NCBI GenBank assembly: GCA_965279375.1
Contig: OZ257156.1
Span: 608,001-672,000, forward strand
DNA from: Gemmatimonas sp.
Lineage (GTDB): Bacteria > Gemmatimonadota > Gemmatimonadetes > Gemmatimonadales > Gemmatimonadaceae
DNA length: 64,000 nt
Reading direction: 5' to 3'
Shown here: piece after piece, positions 30,014-41,083 of the stretch
Layout: each line of letters begins with the position of its first letter
Position numbering within the stretch: the stretch's first letter is position 1
Program-made: the position numbers and the translations under genes
The notes under the pieces: generated by a model
Databases searched by the model: none
What the model saw: the letters and a program-made list of their open reading frames with translations, nothing else
Told to the model about the DNA's origin: nothing

Positions 30014-32101
30014 ATGACGGCGACCCGCGATTTCGCAGAGTTGATCAGCGCTGAACTGAGTCTTCTCGCCTTTCAGCGACGAGTGCTCGCGCTCGCGGAG
30101 AATCCCGCAACGCCACTGCTCGAACGACTGCGCTTCCTGGGCATCGTCACCAGCAACATCGACGAGCTCTACATGGTGCGCATGGCCGAGTTGCGCGCCG
30201 ATGCGCTTGACGCTCGCGAGGATGACTTCACCACGCGGGCGCATGGCTACGGACCGACGGCGCTGCTGCGCGCGGTCGAAACGGAGATCGCCGACATCCT
30301 CGCGGCGCAGTCGCGCTGCGCGGAGTCTTGCCTACGCGACGTCGCGGCTGCTGGCGTCGAGCTCCTCACCTGGGATGCGCTCAGCGACGACGAACGACAC
30401 GCGCTTACCGAGCGTTACCTCGAAGAGATTCAGCCGGACCTGATGCCGCTGGCGATCACGATGGCGCCCGGATTCCCGCTGCCGCATCTGCCACACCTGG
30501 GACTCTTTCTCGCCGTGGTGTTTCGGGCCTCGCCTACGGATCGGCCGCACCTCGCCGAGCATGAGCTGCCGCGCGACATGCCGCGCCTGCTGCCGGTGGC
30601 CGGTCGGCACGGCGCGCTGATTGCGATCGAAGAGGTCCTGCGGGCCAACGCGCATCGCCTCTACCCGCACGCGCTGGTGGACGGCGCGCATCTGTTTCGC
30701 GTGACGCGCGGTGGTGATCTCCCCATTCACGACGAAGACGCGGGCGACCTGTTGGGCGCCGTCGAGCGTGCGACCGAGCGACGTCCCAACAACCCCGCGG
30801 TGCGTGTGGAAGTGGAGCGCACGATGCCCGCGTATGTCGGAAGCCTGATTCTCGACACGCTGCGCCGCGAGGCGATCGGACGCGACATGGAGCTGACGGT
30901 CGACGCTGTGCAGGTGATCGATGGCCTTCTCGACTTGCGCTGCCTGCAGTCGTTGCCGCTCGCGCGCAGCACCCGCACCCAGCAGTCGCCGTTCGAATTT
31001 CCGGCGCTCGAGTCGCACGATCCCGTTGCAGCAGACATCTCGATGTTCGAGGCGATGCGCGCGCGCGACCTGCTCGTCCATCACCCGTTCGAGTCGTTCG
31101 AGCGCACCGTCGTGCGTTTTCTGCAGGAGGCCGCCGCCGATCCCGACGTCACCACGATCAAGACGACGCTCTATCGCGTGGGCGATCCGTCTCCCGTGGT
31201 GGAAGCACTGCTCGCCGCCGCAGCCGCCGGGAAAAAGGTGTTCGCGCTGGTGGAGCTCAAGGCACGCTTCGACGAAGTGCACAACGTCCAGTGGGCGCGT
31301 GCGCTCGAAAAGGCGGGCGGACGCGTGGTGTATGGCCTGTCCGGACTCAAGGTGCACGCCAAGCTGGCGCTGGTGGTGCGACGCGAGGGCACACGTCTGG
31401 TGCGCTATGCGCACGTGGGTACGGGCAACTACAACACGCGCTCCGGGCGGCAATACACCGACCTTTCGCTCTTTTCCGCGCGCGAAGATCTCACCACCGA
31501 CGTGGCCGACCTGTTCAACGCGCTCGCTGGTGCCTCCACGCCGCCGCAGCGGCTGTCGCACGGCGCACTCGTCGCACCGCACCAACTGCTCCCGGCGCTG
31601 CTCGAACGCATCGAGCGCGAAGCCGAGCATGCGCGCGCCGGCCGACCAGCACAGATCGCGGTCAAGATCAACGGACTTGCCGACACCGAAGTGGTGCGCG
31701 CGCTCTGCCGGGCCTCGCAGGATGGCGTCCAGATCGACCTGATCGTGCGTGGCATCTGCACCCTCCGTCCGGGGGTGGATGGGCGCTCCGAGCGGATTCG
31801 CGTGGTTTCCGTGGTCGGGCGGCTGCTGGAGCACTCTCGCGTCTACCGCTTCGCCAACGGCGGGGAGCCCGAGTACTTCATCGGGTCCTCGGACATGCGA
31901 GCCCGCAACCTGCGCCGTCGCGTGGAAGTGCTGGTGCCGGTCCCCGACCCCGCCCACCGAGTCCGCCTGGACGAGATTCTCGCCCGGTACCTCGAGGACG
32001 GCACCGGCTGGGAGCTGCTGTCGACGGGCGAATACGTCCAGCGGGACGGGTCGCGCCCGGGGGCCCAGGCGACCTTCGCCGGGCTGACTGCAGAGGGATA
32101 G
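30014..32101 (+). CDS. ppk1: Polyphosphate kinase 1
   Basis: PLLERLRFLGIVTSNIDE, HHPFESF, IKTTLYR, ELKARFDE, KVHAKL, GTGNYN, RLLEHSR. Confidence 0.92.
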   Translation: MTATRDFAELISAELSLLAFQRRVLALAENPATPLLERLRFLGIVTSNIDELYMVRMAELRADALDAREDDFTTRAHGYGPTALLRAVETEIADILAAQSRCAESCLRDVAAAGVELLTWDALSDDERHALTERYLEEIQPDLMPLAITMAPGFPLPHLPHLGLFLAVVFRASPTDRPHLAEHELPRDMPRLLPVAGRHGALIAIEEVLRANAHRLYPHALVDGAHLFRVTRGGDLPIHDEDAGDLLGAVERATERRPNNPAVRVEVERTMPAYVGSLILDTLRREAIGRDMELTVDAVQVIDGLLDLRCLQSLPLARSTRTQQSPFEFPALESHDPVAADISMFEAMRARDLLVHHPFESFERTVVRFLQEAAADPDVTTIKTTLYRVGDPSPVVEALLAAAAAGKKVFALVELKARFDEVHNVQWARALEKAGGRVVYGLSGLKVHAKLALVVRREGTRLVRYAHVGTGNYNTRSGRQYTDLSLFSAREDLTTDVADLFNALAGASTPPQRLSHGALVAPHQLLPALLERIEREAEHARAGRPAQIAVKINGLADTEVVRALCRASQDGVQIDLIVRGICTLRPGVDGRSERIRVVSVVGRLLEHSRVYRFANGGEPEYFIGSSDMRARNLRRRVEVLVPVPDPAHRVRLDEILARYLEDGTGWELLSTGEYVQRDGSRPGAQATFAGLTAEG

Positions 32102-32229
32102 GCCGCCAGCGGTGGGCGACTGGGCGGTGCGAATTCGTTTCGCGACCGCCCCCGAATCGTTTTGTGGGGAGGGACTTGGCCGCGATGCCGTGAGGCCACC
32201 CTGACGATTCTCGTACGCTCCAAACTTGC

Positions 32230-34320
32230 ATGCACGCCGCCGCGCCATCGGGCTCCTCCAGTCCGACGACACCGCACGCCCATCTGCTGCTGACGCGACT
32301 CGTGGTCGCGTTCAGCCGTCGTCGCGCGTACCCGGCCACGCATCCGCTTGTGCGCACCGCCGAGGAGCAGGCCTTCGACACGGTGCGCTCGCTCGTCAGT
32401 GGCCGGCATGGCATCAGCATCACGCTGACCCGTCACGGCCTGCTCATGGACGACGCAGAGGTAGACAGCCCGGTCGCACGCGACCTCGCCGATCGCCTGC
32501 GGTTGCGCGGCGTGGGCGGCCTGTCCGTCGAGAACTCGGTCACTGCCGACGCGCTGCGCGATGCCGTCGCCTGGCTGGCCTCCGAGCACGCTGACAACGC
32601 CACCGACGTCAGCGCCGCACCGCCCGTGCTCCCCGGCATCCGCATCTCGCGGATCGACTACGGCAAGCTGGCGCTGGGTGACGAGACGGGTGGCGACCTG
32701 CTCTCCACCGAGGACATCTGGCGCGAGCTCGCACTCGGCGCGCTCGAAGAGGATGTTGAGTCGGGGGAGCTCGACCCGACTGGGCAGGGCCAGGCCTCGT
32801 CTGGCGACTCCGGCTCGATGGTCGCAACGGTCGAACGACGCCTCGCGCGCCCCGACGCCGCCCGCAATGCTGGCTCGGTGTTGTTGCGCGTCGCCGATCA
32901 GATCACGCGGGCCAGTGGCTCGTCGCGCGCGCAACTCGCCGAGCGACTGCAGGCCGTGCTCAGCACACTGCAATCGTCGTCGCTGACGTTCGTGGTGGAC
33001 TCATGCGGCGATAGCAGCGAGAAGCGCCGCTTCATCGCGCAGATGATCGAGGCCTTGCCTGCGGACGCGATCGTCGACTGGCTGACAGCTGCTGCGCACG
33101 CCACGGGCGAGCCGCTCTCGCCGCAGTTGCTGCGCATGCTGACGTCCGTCCTCGCGCGCGCCAAGCAACAGCGCGGCGCGCACGACGGCGAAGCGGCGTT
33201 TCGCAGTGCGGCGCGTGATCTCGTGAACGGCTGGTCGCTGGACGAACCGGCGCAGTCTGAGCACGTGGCGCTGCTCGATCGCGTCAGCGCGTTCGACGCA
33301 ATGCGTGTACTGGCCGATGTGTCGGATACGGGTGCGGCGCGCGTGGTGCAACAGGCACTGGAGATCGACGCCTTTGGCGACGACGCGGTGGAAGCGGCAC
33401 AGCAGCTCCTCGCCGACGGTCGGGTTGCCGATCTCATGGCGTGGAGCAGCGGAGCGACGGGCGAGCGGTCGGCGGAAACGGTGCGCAAGCTGCTCCGCTC
33501 GAAGGCGGTCGTGCACGCGGTGCTGTTGCGTGATCCGATGGACCAGCAGTTGGCGCGCACGCTCCTCGCATCGCTGGATAGGCAGGCCGTCGATCTCCTG
33601 CTCGACGTGCTGCGTGATGCCCAGGGGCGCACCGCGCGACGCATGGTGCTGGCGCGGCTGCGCGAGTTCGGCCCGGGAATCTCGGAGTTGCTGGTGGCCC
33701 GACTGGATGGCGCGCCGTGGTATTTCGCGCGCAATCTTCTCACGCTGTTGCGCGAACTCTCCGCCGACGACGAGCACTCGGTGTCGGCGCATACGGCGCT
33801 GCTGCAACAGCTGGCCACGCACCCGCAGGAACAGGTGCGCGTGGAGGCACTGCGGTTGCTGGTACTCGAGCCCAAGACGCGCGATGGCGCGTTGCGACAT
33901 GCACTGGACGATGCGGCAGATCGCGTCGTGAAGATGGCCATCGATGCCATGGGCGGTGCCGACGTGGCAGCGCGCGCGCGGCTCCTGCCCGCCGACATCT
34001 GGCAGCGTGTGGTGCGTGTTGCAGAGAGTGAGTCGAACGAGGATGAGACCCGCGGTCACGCGTTGCGCCTGCTGGGCCATGCGCCGCCGAACGCTCGCGT
34101 GCGAGATCTGCTGCTGTCGCTCGTGACAGTGCGTTCGCGCATCCTGCGGCGCGTAACGCTGGCCGATCCTACCGCGCTGTCGGTGGCCGCACTGGAAGCG
34201 CTGGCGCGTCGGTATGCGTCCGATGCGCAGGTGAAGGATGTGCTCGAGCGTGCCGCCGAAAGCACCGAACGTCGCTACCGCGATGCGCTGCGGCCGTCGA
34301 CGGCCACGGCCGGCGTCTGA
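32230..34320 (+). CDS. HEAT-repeat-containing protein
   Basis: YPATHPL N-terminus, PWYFARNLLTLL, VRVEALRLL helical repeats; adjacent to HD-GYP gene. Confidence 0.75.
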   Translation: MHAAAPSGSSSPTTPHAHLLLTRLVVAFSRRRAYPATHPLVRTAEEQAFDTVRSLVSGRHGISITLTRHGLLMDDAEVDSPVARDLADRLRLRGVGGLSVENSVTADALRDAVAWLASEHADNATDVSAAPPVLPGIRISRIDYGKLALGDETGGDLLSTEDIWRELALGALEEDVESGELDPTGQGQASSGDSGSMVATVERRLARPDAARNAGSVLLRVADQITRASGSSRAQLAERLQAVLSTLQSSSLTFVVDSCGDSSEKRRFIAQMIEALPADAIVDWLTAAAHATGEPLSPQLLRMLTSVLARAKQQRGAHDGEAAFRSAARDLVNGWSLDEPAQSEHVALLDRVSAFDAMRVLADVSDTGAARVVQQALEIDAFGDDAVEAAQQLLADGRVADLMAWSSGATGERSAETVRKLLRSKAVVHAVLLRDPMDQQLARTLLASLDRQAVDLLLDVLRDAQGRTARRMVLARLREFGPGISELLVARLDGAPWYFARNLLTLLRELSADDEHSVSAHTALLQQLATHPQEQVRVEALRLLVLEPKTRDGALRHALDDAADRVVKMAIDAMGGADVAARARLLPADIWQRVVRVAESESNEDETRGHALRLLGHAPPNARVRDLLLSLVTVRSRILRRVTLADPTALSVAALEALARRYASDAQVKDVLERAAESTERRYRDALRPSTATAGV

Positions 34321-34329
34321 GGTGATGAC

Positions 34330-35547
34330 ATGATCAATCCGACCGTGCTCTTCCTGCAGACGCTGGGGCAAACGCTTGCCGCGCAGGGGCTCTATTCCGA
34401 AGGACACCCGATGCGCGCCGCGGCGCGTGATCGTGCGCACGTCGCGCTCATGCGCGTGCTCGAGAATCGTGGCGAGCTACGCATCTCGTTTCTCGACGGT
34501 GCCGTGGTGGTGGGCTCACGCGTGCTGCCCGAACTGCGCGGATGGGAGTGGGGCACCAAGCTGTCGGCCGTGGGCGTGCAGCGATTCGAAATCGATTCGG
34601 TGCCAACTCCCACCACCGAGGAGCTGGAAGCGTTCATCGTGGAGCTGCACCGTCGGCTTGTGGCAGGAGCACAGGGTTACGTCGGTGCGCCGCTCTCCGG
34701 TTTCCGACTCGGTGCGCTGGGTGTCGCGGGTGCGACGGAGTCCGGTGGTGGCGACGATGGTTCGGCGGGTGACGCTGATGGCGCCGATCCGATGGAGTCG
34801 CTGATCGACGTCATTGCGCACATTCCGTTGACCGCCGAATCCGCGGCCATTCGCTGGATTCACGAGCAGGTCGCCAACGGTGCCGACGTGCCGCTCGCGG
34901 AAGCGGCGGTGGTGGTCAACTCGCTCGCCCTCGCGATGCATCAGGAGCAGCGCACCGTGCTGCCACTGATCGACATCAGCGCGCACGATCAGTACGCGAC
35001 CGCGCATGCCTCCAACGTGGCGACACTGGCGATCGCACTGTCGGAGCAGATGGGGCTCGCTCCGGGCGATGCGCGCGCCATCGGCATGGCCGGCCTCGTG
35101 CACGATATCGGCAACGTCTGCGTGCCCCCCGAGCTGCTCAGCAAGCCGGGGCAGCTGACCGACGCCGAGTGCGCGATTGTCGCGCAGCACACCATCGAGG
35201 GCGCGCGAATGTTGAGCACGCGCGGCCGCGGCAATGCGCTCGCCGCCACGGTGGCGTATGAGCACCACCGCTGGGAGGATGGCGTGGGCGGCTATCCGAA
35301 CTTCCAGTGGCCTCGCCGATGCCACTTTGCGAGCCGTCTCGTGCGCGTCTGCGACATCTACGACGCCATGCGCTCGCCGCGTCCATACCGCCGTGCGTTG
35401 ACACAGACGGAAACGCTGAACTACCTGCAACAGCGTTCTGGCACCGAGGTGCAGGGCGAGATCGTGCGGGCGCTGGTGGAGCTGCTGGCCCATACGCCAG
35501 AAGCGCGGACGCCCATGGAAGAGACGTCCGCGCTTGCGGTGATGTAG
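34330..35547 (+). CDS. HD-GYP domain phosphohydrolase
   Basis: HASNV, GLVHDIG, YEHHRWEDGVGGYP, CDIYDAMRSPRPYR. Confidence 0.88.
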   Translation: MINPTVLFLQTLGQTLAAQGLYSEGHPMRAAARDRAHVALMRVLENRGELRISFLDGAVVVGSRVLPELRGWEWGTKLSAVGVQRFEIDSVPTPTTEELEAFIVELHRRLVAGAQGYVGAPLSGFRLGALGVAGATESGGGDDGSAGDADGADPMESLIDVIAHIPLTAESAAIRWIHEQVANGADVPLAEAAVVVNSLALAMHQEQRTVLPLIDISAHDQYATAHASNVATLAIALSEQMGLAPGDARAIGMAGLVHDIGNVCVPPELLSKPGQLTDAECAIVAQHTIEGARMLSTRGRGNALAATVAYEHHRWEDGVGGYPNFQWPRRCHFASRLVRVCDIYDAMRSPRPYRRALTQTETLNYLQQRSGTEVQGEIVRALVELLAHTPEARTPMEETSALAVM

Positions 35548-35592
35548 GGCGGGTGTAGCTCGCCGGTTTAACCCGGCATTACAGCGTTGTCG

Positions 35593-38500
35593 TTACGGCA
35601 CGATCTTCGCGACCGGTGCGGTCTTGGGGTCCACGAGCGGGCGACGATCCTTGAGATGTTCTTCCATCTGCAGGCGCGGTACGCCGTCCTTGAGCCAAGT
35701 CGGTGCCGGCTGGTCGCGCAGGAACGTGTCGAACCACTCCGTCATGCGCAGGTTGTAATCCTTCTGGTTCGCGGGACGCGCGAGGCCGTGATTCTCGCCC
35801 ACGTACTCCAGCAGCACCACGTCCTTGCCCAGCTGGCGCAGATGGTTGTAGTACGTGATGCCCTGATTGAAGTCCACGGCACCGTCGCGATCGTTGTGCA
35901 GGATCATGAACGGGATGTTCAGATTCTGCGCAAAGTTCTGCGGCGAGTTGCGCATGTAGGCTTCGGGCACGTCATTCGGGCCGCCGGTAAAGCGTCCCTG
36001 GCTCGAGATGAAGATCGACGCGTCGGTGCTGCCGGAGTTCCAGTACATCGAGCCGAACATCGACACCATGTCGGTGAGTGGTGCACCGGCCACGGCTGTC
36101 TTGAAGATGTTCGTCTGCGTGGTGATGAACGACGTCTGGTACCCGCCCCAGCTGTGTCCCTGCAGGCCCACGCGCGCCGTGTCGATCATGCCTGTCGCAA
36201 TCGCGGCCTTCACTGCCGGCACGACGCACCACACCGCGCTGCGCCCCGGATCGTTGATCTTGTATTCGATGTCCGGCTTGAGGAACGCGTAGCCGCGTGA
36301 CGTATACACGCTCGGATTGCTGTAGCGCGTCGCGTTGGGCTCGGTGTAGACGTTGTACTCCTGGCTCAGCTTCTCGTAGATGTAGGTGAGCATCGGATAC
36401 GTCTTCCCCTGCTCATAGCCGGCCGGCAGGTACAGCACCGCCTGATGCTTGCCGCCGCCGTTATCGCAGGTGTAGTCGATGAGCTTCGCGCCCGGCGTCC
36501 AGGCGATCTCCTTCTGCTGCGGATTGGCATCGGTTAACCGACGCTCGTTCTTGAGCAGATCGTCTGCGGCGTAGAAGTCGGGATACTTCACGACGGTCTG
36601 TCGTGCGTACACCCACGTGTTCGCGTCGCGCGCCTTGCGATAGTCCACCTTGGCATCTTCCCACGCGATCGTGCGCGTGCCGCCCTTGAGCGCATCCACC
36701 TGCACGAGCCCTTCCTTCTTCGTCCACTCGCCGTACGTCTCCATGAACAACGGCTTGGTGACGTCGATGATGCCACGATCGCGCGGATCGGAAAGCACGC
36801 GATTCTGATAGCGGATCTGCTCGCTCTTGCCGTTCATCGTGAGATTGACGGCCGTCGTCAGCTTGCTGCCCGCGGAGCCCGTGGGCAGACGCCACAGATC
36901 CCAGTTGTCGCGTACGAACACATTGGCCCCGTCCTTGGTCCAGCCAACGAGCGCACCACCGATCGGCGGCTTCACCTGATTGTGATCGTCCTCGGTGTTC
37001 CAGAACTGCGTCGGCACACCGGTGGTGATCGTCTTCGTGGCGCCCGTCGCGAAGTCGTACGTCTTCCAGTCGCCGCTGTCGTAGTAGGCGTACTTGCCGT
37101 TGTCGGGGGAGAAGTTGGGTGACGGGCCACCACGTCCGCCGCCACCGCCGCCGCCCGGCACCTTGCCCTGAATCAGCTTGCGCTCGCCGGTGCTCACATT
37201 GATCGCGTACACGTCGCGAAACGCCGAGCCGTTGATGCCGGCCACGCGCTCGTACGCGGAGACGTCCGTACCGACGGCCCACGTGTCCTTGGGGCCCACA
37301 GACACATCGCGCACCTTCTCGTCGGCCAGCTTCACGACTTTCGCGGCCGCCACCTGAAACGCGGCCAGATACGCGAAGGCCTTGTCCTGCCCTTCCTGTA
37401 CCTGCTGCTGCGCCTGCGGACGTGAGTCCTTCCAGTGCCACAGGATCAGCGACGGCACCTCAGCGTCCGTCTGCGGTGCGGCGGCCACCTGACCACCCGC
37501 GCCCGCGCCCGGCGCCGTGCCACCCGGATTGGGCGGCGTGAATCCACCAGCGGTACGCGGGCGCGGCGGACGCGGCTCGCGCAGTCCGAAGTAGAGCACG
37601 CCCTGCTTGTCACCCCACTCGATCGCCCGATCGCTGCTCACCACCAGCCCGCCCGTCACGCCAGCCGACTTCCCGGTGATTTCCGCAGGCTTGGCGTTGG
37701 CCAGCGCCGCGTGCGACCACGCGAGAATGGCTGCGTCATCGTCGCCACCCGCCGTGTCCGTCACCACGCGCAATACGGCGAGCGCATCAGAGGAATCCGC
37801 CCACGTGAGGCGACGGTACGACGCCTTTTTCAGATCCAGCGTGCGCGCGACGCCAGACGACAGCTGACGCAGTTGCACACTGTTCCCGCTCTGGTCCGCG
37901 GTGCCGATCGCCAACGCCACCCAGTCGCCGCTGTCATCGAACGCAAATTCCGTCACGTCGGACACGGGCGACGGCGTGCCGCCGGTCAGGTTCACCAGCT
38001 CGAGCGTGCTTCCGGTCGCCGGCGCCGGTGCGCCGCCGGGCGCAGGAGCCGCCGCCACACGGGCCGGCGCATGATGCACCGCCAGCCAGTCCGACTTGTC
38101 ACCGGCAAAGCGGAACGCCCGCGCATTCTCGAACTCGCGCTTGGTGCCGTCGGCGAGGTTGACCACGATCAGCTTGGGCTGCGCCGGCGTTGCTGCGGGC
38201 GCCGCAGGAGCTGCGCCACCGCGGCCGCCCCGTCCTCCGCGACCGGCGGCCGCACTGCTCGCGTACTGCAGGAAGCCCACCCACTTGCCGTTGCCACTGA
38301 TCGCGAGGCTGGGCGAACCGCCGCCACCGGGTCCACCGCGACCGGCCCCGCCGCCGCTCGGATCGCCGACGGGGAAGCGCATCTCCTTGGCACCCGCCGC
38401 CGTGCCACGCACCACCACTTCGGCGTCGCCCTCGTTGGGCGCCAACACGTACGCGAACCACTTGCCGTCGTTGGAGAGCGCCGGCGTGCGCACCCCCTTC

Positions 38501-38739
38501 CACGACAGCAGGTCGTTGACCGAGAGCTGTCGGCCAGCCGACGCGGGCGGCGTCCACTTGGAGACGGGCTTGTCGTCCTTGGCGCCAAAGGGGAGCGCGG
38601 TGAGCGTATTCACCGGGCCGGCGGGCGCACCATTCGGAGGCGCCTGGTTGCCCGCCTGCGCGTTCGCAACGGCGGCGTGGAGACCGGCGGCGACGAACGC
38701 GCCGCGGATCATGGAGAGAGTACGGAGCTGAGATCGCAT
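35593..38739 (-). CDS. S9 prolyl-oligopeptidase-family serine peptidase, exported
   Basis: GHSWGG, HNDRDGAVD, ENHGL triad motifs; signal peptide; start re-picked at MRSQLR. Confidence 0.9.
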   Translation of the reverse strand: MRSQLRTLSMIRGAFVAAGLHAAVANAQAGNQAPPNGAPAGPVNTLTALPFGAKDDKPVSKWTPPASAGRQLSVNDLLSWKGVRTPALSNDGKWFAYVLAPNEGDAEVVVRGTAAGAKEMRFPVGDPSGGGAGRGGPGGGGSPSLAISGNGKWVGFLQYASSAAAGRGGRGGRGGAAPAAPAATPAQPKLIVVNLADGTKREFENARAFRFAGDKSDWLAVHHAPARVAAAPAPGGAPAPATGSTLELVNLTGGTPSPVSDVTEFAFDDSGDWVALAIGTADQSGNSVQLRQLSSGVARTLDLKKASYRRLTWADSSDALAVLRVVTDTAGGDDDAAILAWSHAALANAKPAEITGKSAGVTGGLVVSSDRAIEWGDKQGVLYFGLREPRPPRPRTAGGFTPPNPGGTAPGAGAGGQVAAAPQTDAEVPSLILWHWKDSRPQAQQQVQEGQDKAFAYLAAFQVAAAKVVKLADEKVRDVSVGPKDTWAVGTDVSAYERVAGINGSAFRDVYAINVSTGERKLIQGKVPGGGGGGGRGGPSPNFSPDNGKYAYYDSGDWKTYDFATGATKTITTGVPTQFWNTEDDHNQVKPPIGGALVGWTKDGANVFVRDNWDLWRLPTGSAGSKLTTAVNLTMNGKSEQIRYQNRVLSDPRDRGIIDVTKPLFMETYGEWTKKEGLVQVDALKGGTRTIAWEDAKVDYRKARDANTWVYARQTVVKYPDFYAADDLLKNERRLTDANPQQKEIAWTPGAKLIDYTCDNGGGKHQAVLYLPAGYEQGKTYPMLTYIYEKLSQEYNVYTEPNATRYSNPSVYTSRGYAFLKPDIEYKINDPGRSAVWCVVPAVKAAIATGMIDTARVGLQGHSWGGYQTSFITTQTNIFKTAVAGAPLTDMVSMFGSMYWNSGSTDASIFISSQGRFTGGPNDVPEAYMRNSPQNFAQNLNIPFMILHNDRDGAVDFNQGITYYNHLRQLGKDVVLLEYVGENHGLARPANQKDYNLRMTEWFDTFLRDQPAPTWLKDGVPRLQMEEHLKDRRPLVDPKTAPVAKIVP

Positions 38740-38827
38740 CGGAGAAATCCGGTTGGAGTCGATCACTACGCTACCGCTCGGCGGAACGCTGCGAAAGACG
38801 ACCGGCCGATCAGCATGCTGAGCTCGA

Positions 38828-39217
38828 CTACGCTCGTCCCACCGGCGCCAGATCCGATGCCACCCATTCGATCGCGGCCGCAAAGTCGCGGAAGACGTGC
38901 ACGTCGTAGCCCAGCCCTTCACGCTGCATCTCCCACATGCGGAACATGCCGTACGCTTCATCCGTCTCGGCAACCATCGCCACGCGTCCGCCGCGCAGCA
39001 GGTCCACGAAGGCCGCGGCCATGTCGGCGAGGCGACGCTGACCATCCACTGTGATCGCCATGTCCGTCATCAGGCGCCCGTCGACCACTTCGCGCCAGAC
39101 GTCGCGCGGTTGGTGAAAGACCGGCTGTGCGTAATGCGTCAGCAACTCCTCGTTGGTGACGCGTCCAATCAGTACCGTGTGGAGGACTGCGCCGTGCTCT
39201 TGCAATTCGATCGGCAT
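38828..39217 (-). CDS. Hypothetical SpoIIAA/STAS-like small protein
   Basis: GRVTNEEL, EVVDGR, RVAMVA, VHVFRDFAAAIEWV pattern. Confidence 0.6.
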   Translation of the reverse strand: MPIELQEHGAVLHTVLIGRVTNEELLTHYAQPVFHQPRDVWREVVDGRLMTDMAITVDGQRRLADMAAAFVDLLRGGRVAMVAETDEAYGMFRMWEMQREGLGYDVHVFRDFAAAIEWVASDLAPVGRA

Positions 39218-39224
39218 CTGCGAG

Positions 39225-40949
39225 TCAGCCCTGATACATGGTTTCGCCACCAACGACGGTACGCACGATCGCAATATCCTTGATCGTCTCCGGCTTCACC
39301 GTGTGCGGATCCTCCGCGAGCATCACGAAGTCGGCGAGCTTGCCCACGGCGATCGATCCTTTGCTCTGCTCTTCGTGCGACGCGTAGGCGCCGTTGAGCG
39401 TGTTCACACGAATGGCATCATCGACGCTGATACGCTGATTCACGCCCCATGAAGTGCCGTCCCAACCGGTGCGCGTCACCATCCCCTGAATGCCCATCAG
39501 CGGGGCGAACGGACCGGGACTGAAGTCGGAGCCGGCGGCCGCGTGGATGCCGGCATCGAGCAACGTACGGAACGCCATGCACTGCTTCATCATCGCTTCG
39601 CCGTAGAACGGGAACTTGTCGGTGTTGTAGTAGGCGTACGTCGTGAACATCGCCGGAATCGCATCGAGCGCCTTCATGCGACGCACGAGGTCGTCGTTCA
39701 CCAATGTGCAGTGCGTGATCTTGGGACGCGCGTTGGCACGTGGGGCCTTCGCCAACGCTCGTTCGAAGGCGGTGAGATACATGTCGATGGCCACGTCGCC
39801 GTTCGCATGGCAATTCACCTGAATTCCCGCGCGATGCACCCGCTCCACCCACGCATCGAGTTCGGCCTGCGTCTCGGTCACGTTCCCCTTGTACGTCGTG
39901 CCGGGATACGGCGTGCTCAGGGCCATCGTGCGCTCGGAGAATGAGCCGTCCACGGTGTGCTCCGAGGTAGCTCCAAAGCGAATCCAGTCGTCGCCGAAGC
40001 CCGACTTGATGCCGTTCGTGATCATCGCCTCGAGCGCACGCCCCGACGCTTCGTAGTTGATTCGATGTTTGAGATCTCCGCGCGCCCGCACGTCCTGCAT
40101 CGCGGCGAGATCGCCGCCTTCGTGATGCACCGTGGTGAGTCCGTAGCGCGCGAACTGCTTGGAGATGTGCGCCACCCCATCGCGCTCGCGCTTGTCACGC
40201 TCGGCTTCACTGAACTCAGGGCGCTTGCCGGCCGCGTTCAACATGCCCATCGCGCGATCGGTCACGCGTCCCGACAGTTCGCCAGCGCTGTTCTTGTCGA
40301 AGGTGCCGCCCGGCGGCGCGGGGGTATCCTTGGTGACCTTGGCGAGTTCGAACGCCTTGCTGTTGTAGAACGCCGTGTGTCCACCGCGATGCCGTACGAC
40401 GACCGGTTGTTCGGTGGAGACCTGATCGAGATCCTGCATGGTGATCAGACGCTTGTCCTTGAGCTTCGTGTCGTCGTGGAAGTAGCCCGACACCCACGTA
40501 CCGGGCGGGGTCTCACGCGCTCGCGCGCGCAGCTTCTCCACCACACTCGCGATCGTCACGAACTCCACCTCGAACGGATTGCCCACCAGCACTTCATAGA
40601 GCAGCGTCGTGCCACCGGCGTGGTTGTGCGTGTCGATGAACCCAGGCACGATCGACATCCCCTTGGCATCGATCACCTGAGTGCGTCGTCCGGCCAGCGA
40701 TCGCATCTCTGCGCTGGTACCCACCGCCACGAAGCGACCAGCGTTCACCGCGAAGGCCTGCGCCACCGGTTGCGTGCGCTCCATGGTGAACACCTTGGCG
40801 TTCACCACGACCAGCTCGGGATCGATGGCGGCACTGGTCTCGAGCAGGGCTCGCGGCGAGGACGCGCCGAGGAGGGAGGGCGCGAGTGCGCCGGCCGCTC
40901 CGGCGACGGTGAGCCCCATGAACTCGCGGCGGGTCCGTGGATTGCGCAT
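39225..40949 (-). CDS. Tat-exported amidohydrolase (amidohydrolase_3/YtcJ-like)
   Basis: GAGGAG RBS; TRREFM Tat signal; PGFIDTHNH, HANGD, AAGSDF, GSIAVGKLADF. Confidence 0.88.
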   Translation of the reverse strand: MRNPRTRREFMGLTVAGAAGALAPSLLGASSPRALLETSAAIDPELVVVNAKVFTMERTQPVAQAFAVNAGRFVAVGTSAEMRSLAGRRTQVIDAKGMSIVPGFIDTHNHAGGTTLLYEVLVGNPFEVEFVTIASVVEKLRARARETPPGTWVSGYFHDDTKLKDKRLITMQDLDQVSTEQPVVVRHRGGHTAFYNSKAFELAKVTKDTPAPPGGTFDKNSAGELSGRVTDRAMGMLNAAGKRPEFSEAERDKRERDGVAHISKQFARYGLTTVHHEGGDLAAMQDVRARGDLKHRINYEASGRALEAMITNGIKSGFGDDWIRFGATSEHTVDGSFSERTMALSTPYPGTTYKGNVTETQAELDAWVERVHRAGIQVNCHANGDVAIDMYLTAFERALAKAPRANARPKITHCTLVNDDLVRRMKALDAIPAMFTTYAYYNTDKFPFYGEAMMKQCMAFRTLLDAGIHAAAGSDFSPGPFAPLMGIQGMVTRTGWDGTSWGVNQRISVDDAIRVNTLNGAYASHEEQSKGSIAVGKLADFVMLAEDPHTVKPETIKDIAIVRTVVGGETMYQG

Positions 40950-41083
40950 CAGGTCTCCTCGGTGAGCAGGCGATGGATGGTTCTGTCCCAACCTGTGCGC
41001 CGCGACGCGGCTGCGCCAGACAGGCCGTCGCCTCGCTCCACCACGGCACGCACGATAGACTTCGCCTTCGTATGGAGCCTCGT

